NCBI GenBank assembly: GCA_051362555.1
Contig: CM120645.1
Coordinates: forward strand, 12,958,001-13,022,000
Length of the DNA stretch: 64,000 bases
From: Lingula anatina
Lineage: Eukaryota; Animalia; Brachiopoda
Direction of reading: 5' to 3'
Below, piece by piece: positions 33,857-45,053 of this stretch. Each line of letters opens with the position of its first letter. Within the stretch, counting starts at the first letter, position 1. Position numbers and translations under genes: made by a program. A model generated the notes under the pieces. The model was given only the letters and a program-made list of their open reading frames with translations. It did no database searches and was not told where the DNA came from.

Positions 33857-34338
33857 CAAAGTCACAGTCACCTCAACCTTTTTATCTATAACAGGGTACC
33901 GAAAACTGTCAACTTTATTAACTTCACTCCATCACATTTACAGCAAATTATTCATCCTAGTGTTAGCTGACCTTGCAAGGAATTCAGTTTATTGGAATGT
34001 ATTTCTGAATAACAAGTTAAGAAAATTCACTGGTTCACTAAAGACACAAAACAACTGTCACTTTTACTTTAAAACACTTTTTTATTATTTTGATAAAGTT
34101 AGTTATGATAAAGTATTGATAAACAAAGTATCACGTTTTCAATAATTAATATTTTAAATTACAATCCATGTCTGCAAGGTTGTGTCAATGACCAAAATAC
34201 AACGTTGAGTCAACGTCACATTATGACGGTGTTTTGACGTGGCTGGATCAACGCTGAATTTACCTTGAATTTAGGTAGATCAACGGCAATTCAACGTACA
34301 GTTTTCAACGTTGATCCAACGCGACTATGCCTGCTGGG
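33374..34338. mobile_element. 965-bp non-autonomous DNA transposon with CCC termini (CMC/EnSpm-like), containing a (TA)n tract
   Basis: TIRs CCCAGCGGGCA / TGCCTGCTGGG, TGT on both sides, caacgt-type subterminal repeats; absent from the paralogous segment at about 27310 (empty site). Confidence 0.8.
33787..33855. repeat. (TA)n microsatellite
   Basis: About 34 TA units. Confidence 0.95.
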
Positions 34339-36519
34339 TGTATTACTATTGAATAAATATTTCAAAATAGGTATATATAAAATTGCTTTCGATGGTGCAA
34401 TCACACACACGCACACAAGCACACACACACACTTTGACAAAAAACTGTAAAGGTTTAACCTGTGCATTCAAATTGTCGAAGTGAAGTTGACAACAGGAAG
34501 CAGTAAGACAGAATAACCTTAATTAATATAATCTGGATTTATGCTACAAACTTAATAATCACGAAAACCTCTCACCTTAATTGTGCCTCTAGGTATTGTA
34601 AACTATATTGCAGCACGTTTTATCTTTCAGGGAGAGTTTTTAAAAAATTAGTCTAGCACCTCCACCTTCAAACCGTCGTGACTGAATCGACAGGATCATC
34701 CGTGAAGTACAATGCGCGTATCGAGCGTATGGGTAGGATGAAAGGGAATGTACCTGTAAGTAGTGACTAAGGTCATAACACTAGGGGGCCTTTAAGATGA
34801 CCTACATATGACAAGCAAAAAGGAAACAGCACGTGGACCGAAGCGAGATCATGCATTTATTTTTAACGTTTTGATATTGAGAAGCGATTGCCAATATTCA
34901 TACTTATAGTGTTTGAGAGATATTGATAAATGCGTTTCCCGTCAGATATGGTCCTATTATATGTAATTTATTTGTGCAAAATGCCCTTAAACTGAAACAC
35001 ATTTTTCACCTCCAGTGCAATCGACCTAACCTGTATACTTTATTGCGCTGTTAAAATGCATGTACACACGGTTTCAGTAACCGGTTTATGCATGTTCTCA
35101 ACAAAAAAATTGCATTTTATTTATTTATTTATTTATTTATTTTATTTATTTATTTATTTATTTGCTCACATCTTGTATGAATACGTATACCTTTTTGACC
35201 TGTCCAGATTATTTTTTGCGTTTTTTTTTTTTTGTTTTTTTTTTGTTTTTTTTTTTTTTTTTTTTTTTGTTCTTCTAGCAGGTAAATATGGAAATTTTAT
35301 ACTGAGAGAGGGCGTAAGGCTTATAAGCTCTTCTGTAAAGCGTGTCTTTGCATGACAAATGCATATTACTGCCTAGATGACAAACAAGTGGTTAATTCAC
35401 TTCTTATTATCAGTCAAGCTTTATAATACAGACCTGGCCCCGGGCCTATAATAATCATTATTTTGACATCATTACTCAAGTCTATACAAACAGTACGCGG
35501 TGGGTGGGGGGGAATTGCCTCTATACGCTTTTGGAAAGCTAATAAAATTATGATATTCACCCCCAGGCTGTGCTGGAAATGGTTATCATCATGCACCCGA
35601 AGGCCTGAAGAGGTTAATTCTTTCATTTGTACACTTGTGAAAATAATGATACAATGGATGAACCCTGACATAAGCGATTACCATTGGCAATCCTGTATCC
35701 CTACTTTTTCCACCATTTTTTTTTCTTTTTTTGCCAACTTTCAGATACCAAGTTGCACTGTTAAAACGGTAGTGTAAAGATAACAAAAGGATTGTAACAA
35801 TTTCTCGCAGTCGTCTCCTGTGGCTGCCGTCACAACCAGTTGATCTGCGGACTAACTAGTCCGCGGATCAAACATGGCGCGCACTTTACAATGGATTCCT
35901 GCCTCCCACGGTCCCAGGAGGGAAATTAAACGATAATTATTATCCCCTAGCAGCTTCAGTAGTCGTGACAGACATCTAAGCCGCTTCAGCTGATTGCAAT
36001 TTAGTGAGAATCACCTTGGATATAGATCGATCCACAGTTTGTACGATAGGGCCTGGGAATGGTCACTTAATTACCGGTACGACAATATAAGAATTAGGTG
36101 CACTAGTAATTTTCTATTCAAATGAACCTGAATTATTGGTATGACAGCACCCAGGGGATCGTGCAAAGCAATTTGTAAAGAAGTCCACTCTTAAAACAAT
36201 ATATAATCCTGTTTTACTAAATCAACGTATTCCAAGATACCTAATGATACATTATACTGTATATAACAATACATACATGTAATATAAATGCTATATGCAT
36301 GATACATAACAATATTTTTAATGATATACAACAATATAACAATATTCCAAAATTGAATACACTATACATTTTCGCCTTTTTGTCATTTAAATCATTTTAA
36401 AAGCAGTAAGATAAAACTGTTGATTAGTTCATTAATTACAGTATTTAAAGTTATACTTGATTCGCTTGGTTCATTTCTAGGGCCATGCAAAGTTTCTTAA
36501 AACTGGATGTGAAATATCA

Positions 36520-38619
36520 TTATAGCGTTCCATGCCCATACGGTTTTTGGAGAGCTGCCTTCACTCTTTCCCAGAAGAGGTCTTGACCTTCTTCCTCGCG
36601 AGGCCACTCTATGTAGGTCTGCTTCCTTAGCAACAGGGTCAGTCTGTTGCTGAGGTTCTCAGGTTTAATGTCCTCGAGCAATATCAAGACCAGGATATCC
36701 TTGTTCTCATCAAATAGCTTGTGATGAGCCATCGTCATTTCCAATTGGCACCATTGACTCTGAGCAAAGTTGTTGGACAACACGAGAATCGTCTTTCTAC
36801 TGACCTCTAAAGCGTCCACGATGTTATCCAAGATGTCATGGCCTACGATGAAATCTCTGTCGTGAAGACAAAGTTTGAAACCAGCGTCATGTTCCAATTT
36901 CGGGAGAAGTCTTTGTATAACCCAATGGCGATCGTAGCAGTTGTAGGACACAAATGCGTCGAATACGAAGGTACCGTTATTTTCAAACGGTTCGAGGCGT
37001 TTGTAACGTGAACGCAGTGTAAAGCACCAGTAGCGTATGTACCATCGATAACGGTGGGACACCACTATCACGAGTGCCAGAAATAACATTGCAGAGACTC
37101 CGGTGGCGCTGGCTATGACCCATGCTGGCAGCGGCGTGCACTGGGCTTTGGTTGGATGCCAATCTAGAAACGGAGATTTAGCTAATTCCTTTGGCTCATA
37201 ACAACGGTATGAGTTACGTTGATGAAGGGCCACAATCGTTGTTTGGGTTGTGTCCATCCAAGTACGGAACCAAAAATTATCGCACGTGCAAGAAAAAAGA
37301 TTTTCTGCAAGGCTAATTTTTGTAAGGTTTTTCCAAACGAACGGTGGCAACGATGACTCGTATATGGTACGAATTAGGTTATTTTCCAAATATAGCATTT
37401 GCAATGAAAACAGAGATTGAAAAACGACTGGATCCAACGACGACAACTGGTTTGACCCAAGTTGTAGCTCACGGAGGAACGGTTTGGTCTCAAAAAATTT
37501 GGGTGGAAGATGAGTCAATCGTGTCTGGCTAATAATGAGTTTTCTCAGTTTTGTAAGGTTTCTAAATAACTTTTCCAGTGCGGAATCGTCGAACTTATCT
37601 AGATGGTTGTCGGACATGTACAGCTCTTGCAAATGTGGGGCATGAGAAAAAACGTCCGAATTTGCATCATTGAATTGAAAGTTGTTGATACTGATATCGA
37701 GATGAAAAAGAGAAGCACTTGCAAATGCCAGATCCTGAATTTCTTTCAAGTTTCGTTGATGCTGTAAAAAGGCGAATTGTAATTCAGGCATGTATCCAAA
37801 CATATTATTTGGGAATTTTGTTAATAGATTCCAACCAATATCCAGCCTTTTTAAGTATTTAAGGGAAATGAAATCAGCAGAGTTGAGAGAGCTGATGTCA
37901 TTATAGGCAAGATGTAATTCAAGCAAATTGGGACAAAACGGATGCGTCACATTTCCAAAGTTTGGGATTTGACTCAAGTGATTGTTTCGTAAATCTAGCA
38001 AGCGTAGATTATTCAAGCCAACAAATGTTTCCTTCCTAAAGGCAATATGATTATCACGTAAAATCAGATTTTGCAATTTTGTCAATCCTGAAAAAAAGGA
38101 GACAGGAAGCGTGTGTAAACTGTTATAGCTAAGGTCCAGTTCTGTGATATCGCTGCCATTAAGGCAAAGGAAGAGGGAACTTCTCGGAGTTTGGAATTCG
38201 GTAGTCTTTGTTCCTTTGTATCTATTCAGGCAGAGTCGCTGTATTGTTTTAGATACATGGCAAAAAGCCGACTCCAGATTATCTAGAGACAGCAGTTTCC
38301 CTTTCAAATCTATAGAGAGAATATTCTCCAAAGGCTCGAATGCCCCTTTTTCAACATGTGACAGTGTGTTACTACTCAGCGTCAAATTTTCCAGTTGCGA
38401 CAGTCCTGCAAAGGAATCGTTTCGCAAAGAAGATATCCAAATGTCGTTCAGAACCAAAATTGACGTCGTATTATCACAATGTGGAACTTGCGTCGAATTC
38501 AAATTATGGCATTCTACCTGACGAAGAGATGATTTGCAGTGGCACCTTGGCGGACAGTAAAACCCTGCAGCACCTGTAAGCGTCAACACGAATGCCACTA
38601 TTGCAGTATTGATTGTCAT
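36520..38619 (-). CDS. Toll-like receptor, copy C (most divergent ectodomain), 699 aa
   Basis: Signal peptide MTINTAIVAFVLTLTGAAG, LRRs, NLFSCTC LRRCT, TM, TIR. Confidence 0.95.
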   Translation of the reverse strand: MTINTAIVAFVLTLTGAAGFYCPPRCHCKSSLRQVECHNLNSTQVPHCDNTTSILVLNDIWISSLRNDSFAGLSQLENLTLSSNTLSHVEKGAFEPLENILSIDLKGKLLSLDNLESAFCHVSKTIQRLCLNRYKGTKTTEFQTPRSSLFLCLNGSDITELDLSYNSLHTLPVSFFSGLTKLQNLILRDNHIAFRKETFVGLNNLRLLDLRNNHLSQIPNFGNVTHPFCPNLLELHLAYNDISSLNSADFISLKYLKRLDIGWNLLTKFPNNMFGYMPELQFAFLQHQRNLKEIQDLAFASASLFHLDISINNFQFNDANSDVFSHAPHLQELYMSDNHLDKFDDSALEKLFRNLTKLRKLIISQTRLTHLPPKFFETKPFLRELQLGSNQLSSLDPVVFQSLFSLQMLYLENNLIRTIYESSLPPFVWKNLTKISLAENLFSCTCDNFWFRTWMDTTQTTIVALHQRNSYRCYEPKELAKSPFLDWHPTKAQCTPLPAWVIASATGVSAMLFLALVIVVSHRYRWYIRYWCFTLRSRYKRLEPFENNGTFVFDAFVSYNCYDRHWVIQRLLPKLEHDAGFKLCLHDRDFIVGHDILDNIVDALEVSRKTILVLSNNFAQSQWCQLEMTMAHHKLFDENKDILVLILLEDIKPENLSNRLTLLLRKQTYIEWPREEEGQDLFWERVKAALQKPYGHGTL

Positions 38620-39309
38620 GGCAGGTAGATCCTAAAGGTAAAAAAGAGTCACTCTGATTTTTGTTAGTACATTCTTTAAGGCGGTGGTTCTTATAGTCAC
38701 TGAAAAAAAATGCAAAATATATATGCCAAAATTTTATACCACCCTACATGAACTGATCCACACGAAAACCACATTTTATGCGCTTTAATTACTAAAGAGG
38801 GGTTCGGAATGAATAATATGTCCCCCAACATACTGTTATTTATCAGTGCCGCACCACATCACCTGAGAGCTGGGCTATCATCAAAGATTCAAGGAAACAG
38901 GCAGGCAGGAAGCAGGCATGTGGGGATAAGGTTGTTTTAATTGTCTTATGAAAGTGCTCATCAGATTTCATCATCTTAACTGCAACCAGCTGTTAATGAA
39001 AAATACATATGGGGAAGTATCGTGTAAGTGACTTCTACCAGTGACCTATAGCTACATGTACCTACAGGTAGCCCCATCTAGTCCAGTGATGCAGCTTATA
39101 CAGTTTGCATGCACCGGTGTAACGTGGCAGTGTCCCCCATGATATAGTCCACTACCCATTCATTTGTATAGGTAAGCCTCGTCCTAGATTTTGACTCACT
39201 TTTAGGTCAGGCTAACCCTAAACAATTATAACTAAATGGAGGGCGAATTTATTTATTTTTTATTTATTTTTTTATTTTTTATTTATTTATTTTATTTTAT
39301 TTTTTATCT

Positions 39310-39340
<31 letters not shown>

Positions 39341-41071
39341 TTTATTTTTTTTTTTTTTTGCTACACAGACCCTCAGTTTCGTTACACCTGCACAAGTGTT
39401 TGCAAATCTGCAAACTATTATAACAGTGTGACAGGAATGGTAGTTCTAGGAATGGAAGTCCTGGGCCCCATATGGTGGTACAGGTTAGGGGTTAATTAGA
39501 GTATTGGGTTATATGGTATGAATATCACCTGTACAAATTGATGGAGAAAGTGCCAAGAGTGCTAGAATACGTCACGTGACATTTCAAATTTAATAGTCAG
39601 AAGTACCTCTTACCTTTTATTGTTGCATCTAGATGTAATACCTGGCACTCTTTATCCTTCACGTAGACGATGGGGAGCATTTTTTTAACAGCCAAGCGCC
39701 TTCATGACCCAACTGCCATGACTAGATCTACAGGAGCATTAAGGAAGTACCTCAGTTGCTATGTGCGTGCTGTTGATAAAGGAGAAAGGGAACGTAAATA
39801 GGACACAAGAGGCTGAGTCATTTCATAATACCAGAGGCTCATGTAATGACCTACATATGGCAAGCAAAAGAGAAACAGTGTGGATGAGCCCTGGCGAGTT
39901 CATAGTGTATTTTAATAACATGCTCATGATAAAGCACATTTAACCAATTAATTGGTAAATTTATTTCCAATCAGTAAAGGCCCTATTATATAGTAATTCA
40001 TATGTACAAAATATCCTTGAACCAGTACGTGTAACCAACCAGGCCTGGATGCTTTTGTGCTAAAATGTACATCTGGTTACAGTTTATGTTATGGGCTTAC
40101 GTTCGTAACAAGTGATGCATTTTTTGTGGGTGTTAGATTTCCACTTGTATGCCAAACACTGTAGTTGGAGACATGTGATTTTTCCAGGTTATGTGTACTT
40201 ATATCAGATAACGAGGAAGTTACTGACTGTCTATTGCCTAGCACTTGTCATGCTTCACGTGGAGAATGGGAGGGTTAATAAAAATTGTCAAACTCTTTCA
40301 AAATCCAACCATCATTGCTAAATCTATAAGAATAATGAGGGAGTGACTCACACGTTTAAATACATTGTGCTGATAAAGAGAAAGCGGATGTAAACATTGC
40401 GAAAGAGGCTGAGTCAATTTAAAATACTAGGGACTCATGTAATCACCTACATGTACATATTGGTATCAAGCTTTTAGAAATTAGCAGTGGTGAAATGTAA
40501 TTTGAAAATGGAAATTTTCTGGCAATCACGCATACAGGGTAAGACAATGGAATGAAAACAAAGAAATGCGCGATCGGTATGGAGAAAGAGATTATATGTA
40601 CTCTCGAATTTGTTAGAAAAATTAGTCAGAAATAATGTTTGAAAGTTCCAAACGGTCGTCGTCATCACCACAATAACTTCTGTACAAAATGACTAAGAAC
40701 TAAGACTGCATTCCCACAACCTCATCGTACCAGCAGGATCGATCTATCTCAGCGGGGATTATCGCTAATGCACAGTCAATGAAATAAGGTAAACTGTCTG
40801 GCACGTCCCTCGCAAAGCAAAATGAACAACATTATGGACCATAAAGTTTTCTCGACTTTACCCAAGTACTTCAAGTTACGAGGGAGCGTGCCAGACATTT
40901 AAGCTGCTTAAACTGAATCCAATTTATGCGAGAACCCCGAGGAGTTATAGTTCCAGCTAGTACGATAGGGTAAAATGAATGGTCCCTAAAACACAATCAG
41001 CACCGCCAGTGCAATCGACCCGACCTGCATACCTTATTGTGCTGTTGATCTACATGTGCAGATCTGGGCCC

Positions 41072-41198
41072 CGTAACACGAACGCATCGCATATTGCGAA
41101 TAGCGATATCACATAGAGGCTACAATGTACTATATGGGACGAGTATGGGCGAGTTATGATATCGAGACGCTTTCGCAATGCGCTATGCTTTCGAGTTA
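41072..41198. mobile_element. Degenerate inverted-repeat element (MITE remnant)
   Basis: gtaacacgaacgcatcgcatattgcgaa versus reverse complement gtaactcgaaagcatagcgcattgcgaa. Confidence 0.4.
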
Positions 41199-42230
41199 CT
41201 ACTATGGATTTACGTTCGTTATAATATGATGCATTTCTTACAAGTATTAGGTGTTCATTTACTTGTCTAACACCATGTTATTAACACCATTAAATCAGAT
41301 TGAGAATAATTTGCGTTTTTGTCGATAAATAAGGAAGTTATTGACTGAGAGTAGTGCATAAAATATGCTGTAACGATTTTCTTTGCTTGCATATTGACAA
41401 GGTGTTTACTCCTTTCCAAATGACGAACAGGTTGTTCATTTACCTCTTATTAACAGAGAACAAAAAATTTGCCAAAAAAAGCCCGGGCCAGTAACAGATA
41501 GGCTGTTTTAAAATGCCCTTTATTATCAGGCCCGTATATCTTTTTTCCCACTTTTAGCCAATTTTCAGGTTGGGATGTGATTGGGATTCAAGCCGACTGT
41601 TTTCCATTCATGGCAGATTCATAATTCGCAGTAAATTTTGAAAACAGATACACAATCACCGATACTAATTTGATTCTATATTCTGGTAATGATACCGATT
41701 CGTCCAGATATATTTGATACTTGATTGCAGACTTAATTCGACGTGTTTAACATTTTTGCCACGGCATGATATAGCCAAATAGTACGCGCGCGCCAACTTA
41801 TAGTTTCAAATGGTATATCTAAGAGAAAAACCATCGTTTCATATTACCCGAAAATAACATTAGAATGGATGTTGTCTATTTCCTTTCTGTACTAAACCGG
41901 GGCAAATGAGTAGGTCAGGTACGTAGTTCAATGTGCGACCACAAACTTGAAAAAGGTGCAGTTTTAAAGCTCTTTCATGGTTGATCTATTCATTGGGTTT
42001 ATCAACTTTAATTTTAGCCGTATTAGAAACTATAGAAATGTGGTTCGAATGTATTACTGGGAAACACGCTCGCTTTGATTGTAACTTTTAAGTAAAGTTT
42101 GAAACAATATTTTGCAGTCGTTTTCTGTATTAGTCGGTTGTTATATTCTAGTGAAAGGGAAATACTTATTTTACAATATACAGGAGATCGTGGGACATCG
42201 TTTGTAGAGAATAGTATGTTTTAACATTGT

Positions 42231-42231
<1 letters not shown>

Positions 42232-42268
<37 letters not shown>

Positions 42269-42740
42269 TTATTTGCTAAAATCGCAACCTAAAGGTTGAA
42301 GTTTTACAATGTGTCTTAAATAGTAAAATCATAAGGTATTTTAAAATTAACTAAAAATTATAAACTAAAGAACCAAAGCTTTAAAACAAGACTTATAAGA
42401 CAGTTTGAGGCAGTAATTTACATAAAATTTAAAAGACTGTGCATTATAAAAGATGATTTAAAACGCTCCGTTTTCACTTTTGGTATTAAAAATTTGTTGC
42501 TGACCCTGAGATTTCTTGGGTTCTTTTGTTTAAACAGATGGTGTAGCTTATTAAAATTCTTGATTTTTGTAAAAAAAAGTTCTTAAATAAAACGTCTCTT
42601 CTCTCCCTCAGAGAGGTGAGATTACTAGCCTGTAGGGAATCCTTGTAAGTATAAAATGGGTAAATAATTCTAAGAGCTCTCCTTTGAACAGATTCTAAGC
42701 ATTCACATTGTTCGGCTGTAAGACCAGGCCCCCACAACAA
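42232..42740 (-). mobile_element. 5'-truncated non-LTR retrotransposon (LINE) 3' fragment with trinucleotide tail
   Basis: WGPGLTAEQCECLESVQRRALRII and LTSLRERR match the post-RT region of CR1/L2-group LINEs; (ATT)n tail at 42232-42268. Confidence 0.75.
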
Positions 42741-42959
42741 TATGTCATCCTTAATTAATTACCTCAATGTATTTCATAATATAACAAAACCAACAACCAT
42801 CGATGTAAGAAGTAACTCAACTTTTTTGTCTTTTTCCCATTTAAATCAATCAATATGAGAGAAAGATTTGTCAGATTCTTTCATGATTTAACGTTATATT
42901 TAATTCATTAGATCGATTCTTATGGTCGTGCCTCCTTAGAGTGCATTTCAAATTCACCA

Positions 42960-45053
42960 TTATAGCGTTCCATAACCAGAAGGTTTTTGGAGAGCCGCCT
43001 TCACTCTTTCCCAGAAGAGGTCTTGACCTTCTTCCTCGCTAGGCCACTCTATATAGGTCTGCTTTCGTAGCAGCAGGGTCAGTCTGTTGCTGAGGTTCTC
43101 AGGTTTGATATCTCCCAGCAATATCAAGACCAGGATATCTTTGTTCTCATCAAATAGCTTGTGCTGAGCCATCGTCATTTCCAATTGGCACCATTGGCTT
43201 TGAGCAAAGTTGTTGGACAACACGAGGATCGTCTTTCTGCTGACGTCTATACCGTCTACAATGTTGTCCACGATGTCATGGCCTACGATGAAATCTCTGT
43301 CGTGAAGACAAAGCTTAAAGCCAGCGTCATATTCCAATTTTGGAAGCAGTCTTTGTATAACCCAGGGACGATCATGGCAGTTGTAAGATACAAATGCGTC
43401 GAACACGTAAGTACCGTTATCTTCAAACGGTTCGAGGCGTTTGTACCGGGAACGCAGTGTAAAGCACCAGTAGCGTATGTACCAGCGATATCGGTGTGTC
43501 GCCAATGTCACGAGCGCCAGAAATAACATTGCAGAGACTCCGATGGCACTGGCTATGACCCATGCTGGTAGCGGTGTGCATTGGGCTTTGGTAGGGTGCC
43601 AATCTAGAAACGGAGATTTTGACAGTTTTTTTGGTTCGTAACAAAGGTAGGCATGAAGCTGTAAAAGTTTTACGTTGGTGGATTGTATCCAATTCCGGAA
43701 CCATAAATTTTCACATGTGCAGGAAAATGGGTTACCTGCCAAATTAAGGTCCGTTAGATTGTCCCATATAAACTGCGGAAACGACGTTTCATTTAGAATA
43801 CGAATGTTATTGTGATCCATGAACAGTTTCCTTAATGACAACAGCGGTTGGAATACGATTGGATCCCACGTTGACAGGAAGTTGGATTGCAACTGAAGCT
43901 CGCTCATCATTCCGTTGTTAACAAATACGTTGGGAGGCAAGAATGACAAGCCAGTATTTTGTATATACAGTTTTCGTAGTTGTGTGAGATTCCGGAACAT
44001 TGTCTCTAATGCTGTAGAATTCAAATTATTCAGCTGGTTATTGTGCAGATAAAGATCGTGCAAATTGGGTGACTTGGAGAAAAAGTCGTAAGAGTTCGAG
44101 TAAAAGATGTATTTGTTCACACTTATGTCAAGATAGATGAGCGAACTGCTGGCAAACGCCATCGGTAAAATCGATCGCAAATTCCGCTGTTGTTTCAACA
44201 TAACATGTTGCAATTTAGGCATGTATTTAAACATGTTGTTGGGTAGAATTTGTATTAAATTCCATTCTAAGTCTAACTTCATGACGTTCTTTAGTGCTAT
44301 AAAATCAATAGGTTTGACCGAATCAATGTTATTATAACCCAAGCTTAATTCAAACAGTTTTGGAAAGAATGGATGCGTTTCATTTCCAAAGTTTGGAATC
44401 TTGCTCAGGTGGTTATCCCGTAAATCCAACCAGCGTAGATTACTCAAACCAGCAAAAGTTCCAGTCTCTACAGTATCTAAATTATTTCCTCGTAAAAAGA
44501 GTATTCGCAAGTTGGTCAGATCTGTGAAAATGGAGCCTGGAAGTGCGTGAATGCCGTTATTGCTTAAATCCAACTGTGTAAGATTACTATTTCTGAGGCA
44601 ACGGAAAAGGGAACTCTTTAGTGTTTTGGTTTTGGACAGTTTTTTCAAGTTGTACAGCGACAGTACTTGTATTGTTTTGGATATGTAACAAAACACTGGC
44701 GCAAGGCTATCAAGAGGTAATCTCGTATTTCCCGCAAGATTTATCAAACGTATGTTGATCAAGGGTTGAAAGGCAGCAATGTCTATGTCAGTCAGAAGGT
44801 TGCTGACCAGCGACACATTTTCCAATTGAGAAAGACCTGTAAAAGACTCGTTCTGCAAAGTGGCTATCCAGTTGTCGATGAGGAACAGAGACAAGGTCGA
44901 ATTGTCGCACTTTGGGGCCTGGGTCAGTTTCAAAGTGTTACATTTTACCACTCGAAGATGGGAATCGCATCGACATCTTGGCGGACAGTAGAAAGCTTCA
45001 ACCGTCCAGTTATTTATCATAAGGATAACCAGTACCGCAACTGCTGTCCTCAT
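42960..45053 (-). CDS. Toll-like receptor, copy D, about 697 aa
   Basis: Start MRTAVAVLV at 45053; LRR-LRRCT-TM-TIR intact. Confidence 0.95.
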   Translation of the reverse strand: MRTAVAVLVILMINNWTVEAFYCPPRCRCDSHLRVVKCNTLKLTQAPKCDNSTLSLFLIDNWIATLQNESFTGLSQLENVSLVSNLLTDIDIAAFQPLINIRLINLAGNTRLPLDSLAPVFCYISKTIQVLSLYNLKKLSKTKTLKSSLFRCLRNSNLTQLDLSNNGIHALPGSIFTDLTNLRILFLRGNNLDTVETGTFAGLSNLRWLDLRDNHLSKIPNFGNETHPFFPKLFELSLGYNNIDSVKPIDFIALKNVMKLDLEWNLIQILPNNMFKYMPKLQHVMLKQQRNLRSILPMAFASSSLIYLDISVNKYIFYSNSYDFFSKSPNLHDLYLHNNQLNNLNSTALETMFRNLTQLRKLYIQNTGLSFLPPNVFVNNGMMSELQLQSNFLSTWDPIVFQPLLSLRKLFMDHNNIRILNETSFPQFIWDNLTDLNLAGNPFSCTCENLWFRNWIQSTNVKLLQLHAYLCYEPKKLSKSPFLDWHPTKAQCTPLPAWVIASAIGVSAMLFLALVTLATHRYRWYIRYWCFTLRSRYKRLEPFEDNGTYVFDAFVSYNCHDRPWVIQRLLPKLEYDAGFKLCLHDRDFIVGHDIVDNIVDGIDVSRKTILVLSNNFAQSQWCQLEMTMAQHKLFDENKDILVLILLGDIKPENLSNRLTLLLRKQTYIEWPSEEEGQDLFWERVKAALQKPSGYGTL

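Noticed and set aside
33729-35355. Hydrophobic low-complexity ORFs (YIYI, FIYLF runs; also 39236-39499)
   Set aside because: Translations of (TA)n, (ATTT)n and poly-T tracts.
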